Source of the DNA: Longimicrobiales bacterium
Lineage (GTDB): Bacteria; Gemmatimonadota; Gemmatimonadetes; Longimicrobiales; Gaopeijiaceae
DNA length: 64,000 nucleotides
NCBI GenBank assembly: GCA_965249725.1
Contig: CBDFMQ010000002.1
Coordinates: 1,888,001 to 1,952,000 of the forward strand
Direction: 5' to 3'
The translations under genes were made by a program, and so were the position numbers. This document shows positions 19,733 to 29,024 of this stretch, one piece after another. A model generated the notes under the pieces. The model ran no database searches and was not told where the DNA came from. It worked only from the letters and a program-made list of their open reading frames with translations. Position 1 is the stretch's first letter; every line of letters starts with the position of its first letter.

Positions 19733-22540
19733 ATGGCCGAGAACACAACCCCCGGGCTCCAGGTGGGAGCCGACTACGGTTCGTATCAGTTGATCCGGAT
19801 CCTCGGCGAGGGGGGCGGTGGGCAGGTCTGGGAGGCCGACGATTCCCGAAGCGGGAGACGAGTCGCCCTCAAGGTGCTGACGGAACTGCGCGCGGAATCT
19901 CCGAAGGCCTTGGAGCGGTTCGAGCAAGAAGGACGCCTGGCAGCCTCGGTCACGCACCCCTCCTGTGTTTTCGTGTTCGGAGCGGAGGAGATCGAGGGTC
20001 GGCCGACCATCAGCATGGAACTGATGCGGGGCGGCACGCTTCGCGATCGGTTGAATGAGGGCGCACTCGAGTATCGCGACGCGGCCGCCAGCGTGCTGGA
20101 CATCATCGAAGGGCTCGAAGCCGCGCAGCATGTGGGTATCATCCACCGTGATGTGAAACCCTCGAATTGCTTTCTCGAGGAAGGTGGCGTCCGCACCAAG
20201 ATCGGCGACTTCGGCGTCTCACGAACGCTAGAGGTCCCGAGCGACCTTACCGTCACCGGGTCGTTCATCGGCACACCGTCCTACGCCTCACCGGAACAGA
20301 TAAGGGGTGGGGATCTCGACTTTCGCTCGGACATGTACTCCGTCGGCGCGACCCTGTACGAGCTTCTGACCGGTCAGGTCCCGTTCCCGGGGCCGGCCAT
20401 GGCCGCAGCGGCACAGATCCTCGCGGAGCCGCCCGCCGCACCCTCCTCCGTGAACCCCGCGGTCCCAAAGGGGTTGGACCGCATCGTGCAGCGACTGATG
20501 GAGAAGGATCCGGCGAAGCGATTCCCAAGCTACGCGGCGCTACGGAAAGCCATCACTCCCTTCACTCCCGGCGTTCTGTCGGTGGGGGGAGTCCTTCGGC
20601 GCGTGTCGGCGTACTTCCTCGACTTCCTCGTAATCGGGATCTGGGTCACCCTAATCCTCTCATCATACGCCGCGTATGAACGAGCGGGACCCCGATTGCT
20701 TGCAATGGCGGCCCAATTCTCAGTGGAGTTCCTGTATTACTGGGTCCTCGAGACCCGCTGGGGCGCGAGCCTAGGGAAACGGCTCCTGGGGATGACCGTG
20801 ACATCCGCCACAGGTGAGCGGCTCGGTGCACGAGCCGTGGCTCTGAGGACCTTTCTCTACGTCGGAATCACGAACGGACCCTTGACGCTAGCTCGCGCGG
20901 TGAGTGTAACTCCGGATTTGGAAGCGGACGTCTGGGCGGCGATCGGCGTCGCGGTGCTGTTCTTGACCATGCGAGCCAGGAACGGATACTCAGGCATACA
21001 CGACCTGCTCTCCAACTCCCGGGTCGTCTCGATCAGTCGGACCTCCACCGTCGGCGCACCGGACCGGCCGTTGCCGGCCCCCGAGCCGGCGGATGCTGTC
21101 TTCCCGAAAATGGGGCCCTACGTGGTCGAGTCCACGCTTTGGCACACCCCCACGGCACGTCTCCTGTTGGCCCACGACGTCGACCTGGACCGCCTCGTTT
21201 GGATCCACCACTACGATGATCCGAAGGCAGGCCCTGCGCTCGCTCGCCTGACGCACAGCACTCCAGGACGACTGCGATGGCTGCAGGGGTCCAGATCTGG
21301 AAGCCCGTATTGGGACGCTTATGCCGTGCCCTCCGGAAGCCCGTTGATCGCCTGGGTGGAGGAGAGGGGCCACTTGAGTTGGGTCGAGTCCCGGCAGATC
21401 CTCCGGGGACTGGCCGTCGAGCTCTCGCAGCCTGATCCGGAGCTCCCCTCCCTGCTATCCCCGAGACACGTTTGGGTCAGTGGGACCGGCGAGCCGAAGT
21501 TGCTCGACTTCCCAGTGGACGCTACCGACCGAGAAGGCCCCGGCGTTGATCCGGCCACATCAGTTCCAGCCGACTTCCTTCGTTGGATGGCCGTCTACAC
21601 GCTGGAGGGACGAGACGACGGGGGTCCAGCCGAACGATCGAACGGTCCGCGCTCTCCGGTTCCGGGCCATGCCCACGAGTTCCTGAGGGGACTATTCGCT
21701 CGGGACGTCCCGTCGTTAGGCACCCTCGCCGACCAACTCGGTGGACTCATGCTGGAGTCGCCCGCCGTGACCAGGGGCCGACGGGGTTCGGCCGTGCTGC
21801 TCGGTGCTTTCCCCTTTGTCTTCGTCGCAATCATCGGGCTCTCCATCGCGGCGTTGGTATTCTCCACACCGACCGAGCTGGACATCTTTCGAACCGACGA
21901 CCTTATCGAAGAGATCTACCAGCCCGCCACCGCCGCCGACGCATCCCCGGACAAACGTGCGGCGGCCGAAGTCTTGCTGATCAACCTGAAGAACCTCCCC
22001 GACAATCAAGCCGTCGACTCGTTTCTTGAGGGCATCCTGGCCAGTTCGCAACGAGATATCACGAGGGACGACCTGGTGGCCCTGATAGACTCCTTGGCCG
22101 AAAATCGCCCTCCGCCTACCGAGCAGGAGGTCCGAGCAGCCAGGCAGGTGCTGCGTCTCGGCGAAAACACAGAGGGTCGCATCGCCATCCTCACCTACAT
22201 GATCGCGCTTGGCCCGGCCGTCCTGGGTGCCATCGCGGTCGTCTTGGCACTACTCCTTCGGGGCGGACCGATGCTCGGAGCTCTCGGCATACAGGTCCGG
22301 ACGGCAGACGGGTCCCGAGCCGGACGCTGGCGTTGTGCGGCTCGTACCACCCTTGCGTGGTCGCCATTCTTCATCTCGATGCTCGTCCTAACGTTCGCAC
22401 CGAACGAACTGGGGCCCACCGCCGTTGGCGTCACCCTCGTCCTCATGCTCACCTGGCTGGTCGGGCTCGGGCTCACGCTAGAGAAGCCGCTCCGCGGGCC
22501 CCACGACCGGATGGCAGGTACGTATCTAGTGCCGAAGTGA
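19733..22540 (+). CDS. Membrane Ser/Thr protein kinase with RDD domains
   Basis: GEGGGG, VALK, HRDVKPSN, DFG, GTPSYASPE; RDD signatures 'RRVSAYFLD..GASLGKRLLG..HDLLSNSRV' and 'HDRMAGTYLV'. Confidence 0.9.
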   Translation: MAENTTPGLQVGADYGSYQLIRILGEGGGGQVWEADDSRSGRRVALKVLTELRAESPKALERFEQEGRLAASVTHPSCVFVFGAEEIEGRPTISMELMRGGTLRDRLNEGALEYRDAAASVLDIIEGLEAAQHVGIIHRDVKPSNCFLEEGGVRTKIGDFGVSRTLEVPSDLTVTGSFIGTPSYASPEQIRGGDLDFRSDMYSVGATLYELLTGQVPFPGPAMAAAAQILAEPPAAPSSVNPAVPKGLDRIVQRLMEKDPAKRFPSYAALRKAITPFTPGVLSVGGVLRRVSAYFLDFLVIGIWVTLILSSYAAYERAGPRLLAMAAQFSVEFLYYWVLETRWGASLGKRLLGMTVTSATGERLGARAVALRTFLYVGITNGPLTLARAVSVTPDLEADVWAAIGVAVLFLTMRARNGYSGIHDLLSNSRVVSISRTSTVGAPDRPLPAPEPADAVFPKMGPYVVESTLWHTPTARLLLAHDVDLDRLVWIHHYDDPKAGPALARLTHSTPGRLRWLQGSRSGSPYWDAYAVPSGSPLIAWVEERGHLSWVESRQILRGLAVELSQPDPELPSLLSPRHVWVSGTGEPKLLDFPVDATDREGPGVDPATSVPADFLRWMAVYTLEGRDDGGPAERSNGPRSPVPGHAHEFLRGLFARDVPSLGTLADQLGGLMLESPAVTRGRRGSAVLLGAFPFVFVAIIGLSIAALVFSTPTELDIFRTDDLIEEIYQPATAADASPDKRAAAEVLLINLKNLPDNQAVDSFLEGILASSQRDITRDDLVALIDSLAENRPPPTEQEVRAARQVLRLGENTEGRIAILTYMIALGPAVLGAIAVVLALLLRGGPMLGALGIQVRTADGSRAGRWRCAARTTLAWSPFFISMLVLTFAPNELGPTAVGVTLVLMLTWLVGLGLTLEKPLRGPHDRMAGTYLVPK

Positions 22541-22627
22541 CTGAAGGTGTTACAACAACCTGGGATCGCGGGGTTGGCGCGCGGGCAGTTGAGGGCAGGT
22601 AGCGCCGGGTTTACCTTTCCTGCTCTA

Positions 22628-22701
22628 CGGGACGTGGCGCAGCTCGGTAGCGCACCTGAATGGGGTTCAGGGGGTCGCCGGTTCGAATCCGGCCGTCCCG
22701 A
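22628..22701 (+). tRNA. tRNA-Pro(GGG)
   Basis: CGGGACG..CCTGA-AT-GGG-GT-TCAGG..GGTTCGAATCC..CGTCCCGA. Confidence 0.95.
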
Positions 22702-22894
22702 TTCATTGTGGAATAACGAGTTACGGGAACGGCTGCCTATTGAATAGGTGGCCGTTTCTCATGCCTACGTCGACTGCTCGAAAGAGCGTCCTTGTGCTCT
22801 CCACCTTTCGACTACCGCCGCTCTCCCAGCGATAGCACATAACGGTTCTGAGTTGCCGACGTGCCGAAGGCATGTCCCGTAGCGAAGCGAAGGG

Positions 22895-23059
22895 AGGGTT
22901 GTTCATCGGCTGGATGTCTACTTCGATTGACGTCCGCAGTCCCGGCGGCGCGGTCGGATGCTCACCAAGGATCGCTTGAGATCCAAAGACGAACAAATCA
23001 GTGTCGTCCGCGACGTCGCATGCCGCCCGGATGGCATGTTCAAGTTGATCGCGGGTCAT
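22895..23059 (-). pseudogene. Truncated nucleotidyltransferase-like (DUF6036-type) gene
   Basis: 'MTRDQLEHAIRAAC..FVFGSQAILG..SIEVDI' (GS..ExD) breaks off after about 55 aa. Confidence 0.65.
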
Positions 23060-23996
23060 TCTGTATCTCTAGATAGAGAAGAACCTCGTCTCGCTCATCG
23101 GCCGCCAAGGCAGCAAGAAACGGCGAGCTCTGTCGGAGTCGCTGGGCTCGGGAAGTCGTAGACACTAAGAACTCGCGAAGTCGCTCAATGGAATACTGCG
23201 ACAGTATGCTATGCCACTCTCGGAGATCATGAGCTGCTGCTCCCTGGTCTTTTTCCAAGACAAGCTCAAGGTGTCTAATCGCCCTCCGAACCAGCGACGG
23301 GTCGCGATCTAAGAGATCACTCACCGCTTCCGCTAGCCTCAATGCCCGCCGGTCACGGTCTCCATGGCCCGGAGGAGGACGGCTCGACGCGAGGGCTTCT
23401 ACGGAAGGCACGCCGGCGAGCAACGTCATCTTAGCCCAGTCAATGTTGGGTGCATCCGCACGACTGAAGCTGTGTACCTCGATGGTCAAGTCAAAGTCTC
23501 GCTCCACCTCCGCGATACGACTACGGATCTCGTCACTCAGCCACGCCAGTGAACCTGACTCTCCGACCACGCCAATGTGCAGCGGCTCTCCAGGCCGGGC
23601 CGGTGGGGCATCGAGCCAGGCAACTCGTATTTCGGTGAGGCTTTCAAGGGTATTGCGGATGCTCGCAAGTAGTCTCTGGTATCGGTCACTCTCACCTCGA
23701 AAGAGTGGAACGAGCTGTCTTGCGACCAGATCGTCGGTTCGTAATTCGAACTGCCGGGACCGTCCCCCGCCGACTCTTCGCACGAACCCAGTCTTGGCGA
23801 GGCGACCCAGCGCTCGCCGGGCACCGGCCTCCGTGAGGCCAGACCGATCTGCAGCATCGGCCACTGTAATCGGCCCAACTATCTCGTCAGCGAGAACTCT
23901 GAGGAGGCGTACCTGTGCCTTGGTTCCAAGTAGATCGTTAAGGGGGAACCGAAGCGTGTCTTGTTCTATCGCAATGGGTCTCATGTTGATACGCAA
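23040..23996 (-). CDS. wHTH plus nucleotidyltransferase-like protein (probable antitoxin or regulator)
   Basis: N-terminal HTH 'VADAADRSGLTEAGARRALGRLAKTGFV'; C-terminal 'SRAQRLRQSSPF'; overlaps the downstream NTase gene. Confidence 0.65.
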   Translation of the reverse strand: MRINMRPIAIEQDTLRFPLNDLLGTKAQVRLLRVLADEIVGPITVADAADRSGLTEAGARRALGRLAKTGFVRRVGGGRSRQFELRTDDLVARQLVPLFRGESDRYQRLLASIRNTLESLTEIRVAWLDAPPARPGEPLHIGVVGESGSLAWLSDEIRSRIAEVERDFDLTIEVHSFSRADAPNIDWAKMTLLAGVPSVEALASSRPPPGHGDRDRRALRLAEAVSDLLDRDPSLVRRAIRHLELVLEKDQGAAAHDLREWHSILSQYSIERLREFLVSTTSRAQRLRQSSPFLAALAADERDEVLLYLEIQNDPRST

Positions 23997-24005
23997 GTTC
24001 TGTAA

Positions 24006-24043
24006 TAGATACTATTGTACTTGTTTAGATACTATAGTATCTA
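24006..24043. promoter_or_regulatory. Palindromic operator upstream of the wHTH gene
   Basis: Perfect 18-bp palindrome TAGATACTATAGTATCTA (24026-24043) plus a half-site TAGATACTAT at 24006. Confidence 0.65.
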
Positions 24044-24173
24044 TGTTCCCCAGTCAAGGATCCTGTAAAGGGCACACCCCAAAACCGTTCGTGCGGGACT
24101 GATCTAGAATCAACTGCGACCCCGCATTTGTGGCGCGATTCGCGCCCCGCGGACCACCTAAAGTCATCTACAA

Positions 24174-24433
24174 CGGACACACGCACGGACACTCTTTTAG
24201 GGCCGGCAGAGTCCGGCATCCCCTCCCGCAAGAAACGGCAGATCGTGCACCCTACCAGTGATTTACACGGTTTCTTGCCGCCATTCGGCTAGTTGAAGGC
24301 TCGAATGGGGTTCAGGGGGTCGCCGGTTCGAGCCGAGGCGGCAGTGAGGCCTTCCGCGATGCGGCCAAAACACTCACCGCCGAGACGACCGGAGATCGCC
24401 GAAGGCGATCGGAGGTCAATCCGGCCGTCCCGA
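24174..24433 (+). mobile_element. att-like junction: element-end module plus tRNA-Pro(GGG) 3' half with an 87-nt T-loop insert (24332-24418)
   Basis: GAATGGGGTTCAGGGGGTCGCCGGTTCGA-[insert]-ATCCGGCCGTCCCGA; 24204-24314 is repeated at 37367-37477. Confidence 0.85.
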
Positions 24434-24629
24434 CTAAGGCCCTTCAGCAGAAATGCTGGAGGGCCTGTTTGTTTGGGGCCTGATCGGGGCGGCCGGACTC
24501 TGCGGGGTCGCGAAGCGAGGCGCTCACCGTCCCCTGACACCTGATCAGGTATCAGGAGTTCAGCAGAGCCGTCTGACAGAGGGTCAGGGGGACACTACTC
24601 AACCATGATCCTAGTCCCCGAGGCTGTAA

Positions 24630-25790
24630 TCAGCCCCGCTCACCGCTCTCGCTGAACAGTTGCATATATCTATCGAAGGCGAACATGCGATAGGTCTTCC
24701 TGCCGGTCGTTTCCCGCAAGACTCCGACCTTCTCCAACGCATTGGTGAGGGCGTTCGCAGCGGGCTGCGACAACCCGGTAATCGCCTTCACCTGCTTAAC
24801 GGTCACGATCGGAGTTCGAAACAGCTCTTCAAGGAGATCAAGCGCCGAGCCGGCGCGGCGTCCGAGCCGCTGATTGATCTCCGCTCTCGTCTCTTCTCGA
24901 AGGTTGACGATGTGTCGTGCGGTTGTGGTAGCTTCCTCTGAGACCGAGGCGACAGCCTCGAGGAAGAACGCCAGCCATCCCTCCCAGTCTCCCTTCTCCC
25001 GAATCGCTTGGAGTCGATCGTAGTACTCCTGACGGTGGCGTTTGAAGAATATCGAGAGATAGAGGATGGGCTCACGAAGCACTCGTTCGTGAACGAGCAT
25101 GAACGTGATCAAGAGCCGGCCGACCCTGCCGTTTCCATCCAGAAAAGGATGCACCGTCTCAAAGTGGGCGTGGGCAAGAGCGACGCGGATCAGTATGGGG
25201 AGGTCGGACTCGGCGTGGAGGAAGTCCTCGATCTGATAGAGTGAATCTCGCATCTCCGAGACAGGCGGAGGGACGAATCGAGCCGTTTCAGGTGTTGGAC
25301 CGCCGATCCAGTTCTGGGACTTACGGAACTCACCCGGGGTTTTCGACGACTCGCCTCCACGGACCCCGGTCATCAGCTTCTCATGGATCTCACGGATCAA
25401 CCGGAGCGACAGAGGAAGGTCCTTTACTCGATCGAGCCCAAAGCGCAACGCGTCGATGTAGTTCGTGATCTCTCGAACATCTACCCGCCGGTCACTCCGC
25501 TCCATCTGTGCTTCGTACTCCAGCAGATCGACTAGAGAGGCTTCGGTTCCTTCGATCTGACTAGATAGCACCGCTTCCCGGCGAACGTACATGAAGACGA
25601 ATAGGTCGGGATCCGGCAGGATTTCGGCAGATCCCACCAATCGTCCCAACGCCAAGGTTGCCCTTTCCAACAGGTCTGCTAGAGAATCCAATTGGAGGTC
25701 TCCCGGAGGGAACGCTTCGGGGATGAACGCCGCAAATCCTCCAGCCTGTTTCCGGAACACCCCTGCCCTGTGCTTGCTATCAGTGACCAC
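24630..25790 (-). CDS. Fic family protein (N-terminal extension, C-terminal HTH)
   Basis: HPFLDGNGRVGR Fic motif; 'REAVLSSQIEGT'; 'PGEFRKSQNWIGG'. Confidence 0.92.
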   Translation of the reverse strand: MVTDSKHRAGVFRKQAGGFAAFIPEAFPPGDLQLDSLADLLERATLALGRLVGSAEILPDPDLFVFMYVRREAVLSSQIEGTEASLVDLLEYEAQMERSDRRVDVREITNYIDALRFGLDRVKDLPLSLRLIREIHEKLMTGVRGGESSKTPGEFRKSQNWIGGPTPETARFVPPPVSEMRDSLYQIEDFLHAESDLPILIRVALAHAHFETVHPFLDGNGRVGRLLITFMLVHERVLREPILYLSIFFKRHRQEYYDRLQAIREKGDWEGWLAFFLEAVASVSEEATTTARHIVNLREETRAEINQRLGRRAGSALDLLEELFRTPIVTVKQVKAITGLSQPAANALTNALEKVGVLRETTGRKTYRMFAFDRYMQLFSESGERG

Positions 25791-26135
25791 GGTTATTCTT
25801 GCCTTGGGAAAGTTTATGAGCCGCTGCTGTTGGCATAAGTATAACTCCTAAAGCTTATGTCAAAACACCTCTGCCATAAGGCCCGGTTTTCCAGCCCCTG
25901 GACTGGTCACCTCACTGGAGTATGCAAGAGGCCGGTAAAGCAGCAGCCGAGAACAGCCCGACCACCCCCGCCCCTACTCCGTCCAGGACCTAATCTCCAG
26001 GACCCCCGCACCCCGTAGGCCTTTGATCTTCCGTCCTTTGCCCCACGACTTCTATGCGCCTATACTGCGGTATCCCGCCGTGCGCTCTCGAGCTGAAGTG
26101 CTTCCGGCCCTGCGCCGAACCAAGCGAGGTGAACC

Positions 26136-27449
26136 ATGATCAAGCGACCTTTCCTACTTGCTGCCGTGGCCCTCTTGGGTGTGGCGGCGCTTGTACCGGC
26201 AACCCCAGCCGTGGCCCAGGAAGACGCCGAAAAGCGCGGGAGCGACAACATCGAGGTCGTCTCGCACATACCCCTCGGCCCGAGAGTGTCCGACATCGAG
26301 ATCGAGCAGGACATGGATCGCCCCTAAGCCTATGTCGCGCGTCAGGACGGCGGGCTGGACATTATCGACCTACACGATCCGTACGACGCCAAGGTCATCC
26401 ACCGCTGGCGCATCGAGAACCAGGATCTCCACATCGGGTCCGCCGGGAAGGACATCAAGATCTTCAGTTGGGAGGGCCGACACTACGTGGTCCACTCCGT
26501 CCAGTTCCGCCAGGGGGGGCCGGACGCGGATCTCGGCGCCATCGTCTTCGACGCCACGGGCCTCCCCGATGTCTCGACGTGGAAGGAAGTGGGGCGCATC
26601 CAGGGTCCCGGTGAGTTCGCCGGCTTCCACAACATCTACGTCTACAACCACAGTAACGGCCGCCCGCTCTTGATCTCGACGGTAGCGGGACCGTTCGCCA
26701 ACGTCTACGACCTCGGCTATGTGGTCGAGGGTCGGCTCGACGATGCGCTCGTGGCTCAGATCCCCGTACCTCAGCCGGAGAATGTCCCGCCGGGTCGCTC
26801 GGGATACCATGACTTCTACGCAGGCTATCACGCCGACAGCGAGACGGACCGCTTCTACGGCGGAGGCACCGGCGGCTATTACGTCTACAACATTACCGAC
26901 CTCGAGAACCCGGAGCTGATGGTGAGCCTGACGGGAATCAACGGGGTCGGGCGAGGGCATACCTTCACACCTTCTCCCGACGGCCGTTATGTGGTCGCCG
27001 AGGTCGAGTACAAGTACGCGCCGCTCCGGATCTTCGACCTGAAACCGGGCCTCGACGGAGAGGTGGCGAACATCAACCGACCGATCTCGGCGTGGACGGC
27101 CGACTGGGAGCACCTGTCCCACAATCACGAGGTGCGCTGGCCGTTCGTGTTCGTCTCCGCCTACGTCGACGGCCTGCAGGTCTTTACCCTGTCGGATCCG
27201 AAGAACCCCAAGACCGTGGGTCACTACGACACCTACCTGGAGCCTGAGGGAGGGGGCGGCGGCTGCTGGGGTGTGGACGTGCGCAACGCGGACGGCCTGA
27301 TCGTGGTGTCCGACATCCGAACGGGGTTCTGGGCGTTCAAGATGGAGGGCTTCAACGGCTGGAACGGCCTGGATTGGGGTCAGCCCAACATCTCGAGCGC
27401 TCAGGATTGGGAGAACGGCCCGGCCGTGCAGGCGAGGACGCGGAACTAA
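26136..27449 (+). pseudogene. Secreted LVIVD-repeat beta-propeller protein with an in-frame TAA at 26325-26327
   Basis: ORFs 26136 and 26487 share a frame; reads 'QDMDRP*AYVARQDGGLDIIDL', later 'SAYVDGLQVFTLSDPKNPKTVGHYDT'. Confidence 0.8.
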
Positions 27450-27483
27450 GGAGGTTACCCCGCGGGACGCCTCCGGCGGAGGG

Positions 27484-27527
27484 TGAAGGCTCGAATGGGG
27501 TACACTTGTTGGTGCTTCAGTGGGTCG
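27484..27527 (+). repeat. Degenerate att-like junction (tRNA-Pro anticodon core plus shared tail)
   Basis: TGAAGGCTCGAATGGGGTACACTTGTTGGTGCTTCAGTGGGTCG is similar to 37457-37500. Confidence 0.75.
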
Positions 27528-27606
27528 CCGCGCGTCTCAGAATCAGGACCGCGGCCGTAGCATACCGCGACTGCGGCAATCGCTTGTCAAGCCGCCGCGC
27601 CCACGG

Positions 27607-28780
27607 TCAGAGCCCACCAACGGGCTGCGCCTCGTCGGGCCCACTTTCGCGGAGGCGCTCTGCCTGGCGCTCGTCGAGGAATGCGATCACAGCCACGCCG
27701 ACAAGCGCGATGCCGAGCGTGACGATGGGCGGCATGCCGGCCACCAGGTAGAGTGCAAGCGCGGCGGCACTGGCAATCAAAACGCGTCGCACCGGCGTCC
27801 CGCACGTGGCACGCCACATCGCTAGGGCCGTGCCACCAACGAAGAGCATGAGTCCGAGCGCGATCGCAAGGCGACCCGAGCCTGGGAGCGGCTCTGTAGG
27901 GTGAGCCAGGGCCTCCTCGAGCCCCACAGCATAGGCGATCACGCCACACAGCATGGGGAAGTGGCCGAAGGTCAACGCGTCCCGCGCAACGTTGGTGCGG
28001 ACCCTGCCCTCCGTTCGCTTCAGCGCGGCCTCCAACTCCGGCTTTGCGATCGGAAAGTAGGTCCACCACAGTCCGCACGAGATCGCCACGGCCAGGACGG
28101 CGGTGAGGAGCAATTGTCCCTGCAGCTCCGCACCGACCAAGGCTGCTGCCGCGACGATCAGTGACTCCCCAAGGGCGATTATCACGATCAGGCCGTGGCG
28201 CTCCGCGAAGTGCTCGGGGTGGATCTCCCACGCCCCATCGTCGCCCGCCGATGTAGCTGCGACGAAGTCCAAGAAGATCGTCATGCCCCACAAGTACAGC
28301 AGGGTGGAGCCGCCGAGGAATCCGCCCAACAAGGCTGTCCCTAAGCCGCCGATCGACAGCGCTCCAAAGCTCTTCACCGCCCTGCGCATCGTGGGGTGAG
28401 CGACTTCACGCGACCCATAGGTAGAGGCTCAAGCCTACGACGCGAACACCCACATACGTGCCGGCGAACCAAAGCGCGCCGTTCCCCTCTTCGAATACGC
28501 TCGGGATCGACACCGCCATGAAGAATGCGATAGCGGTCGCGACAAGCGTTGCGAACTCGACGAACGGATGTGTTGTGTCAGCAGCGTTAAGCGCCCACGT
28601 GAACTGCGTCCACGCCCACCAGACCATCCAGAAGACGAGGACGGTCTTCCCGGCCCCAACCCAGGTAAGGTCGTGGTGCAGGAGTCCGACAAGCTGGGTG
28701 ACCCCGAAGACGAACACGAGGTCGAAGAAGAGCTCGACGAAGGTGGCGCTCTGACCGATGGGGGAGACGATTGCCCTCAT
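27607..28780 (-). CDS. ltrA: Low temperature requirement protein A (LtrA), frameshifted near 28405
   Basis: 'ATFVELFFDLVFVF..WWAW' and 'HFAERHGLIVIIALGES..LWWTYF'. Confidence 0.85.
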
Positions 28781-29024
28781 CGTGCGCGCTCCCCCAGATC
28801 ACCACATGTGCGAACGGTACAGATTTGTGGCCCGTACGAGTCTGCCTCACCAGAGTCGAAGAGAGGCAGAATGTGCGGATGCTCCAGGTTGGCTGTGCGG
28901 GAGACTGAATCGGACATCGCTCGTTCCTCAGCATCGGAGGATCAAACGGACCAACATCCTATCCGCAGGTCGGGAAGCGCAAGAATAACAGTGTCCAGGT
29001 GCTGAGGTCGAGTTCCTGAGGGGG

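Noticed and set aside
28400..28410. Selenocysteine or readthrough at the ltrA TGA
   Set aside because: The downstream half is in a different frame, so this is a frameshift.
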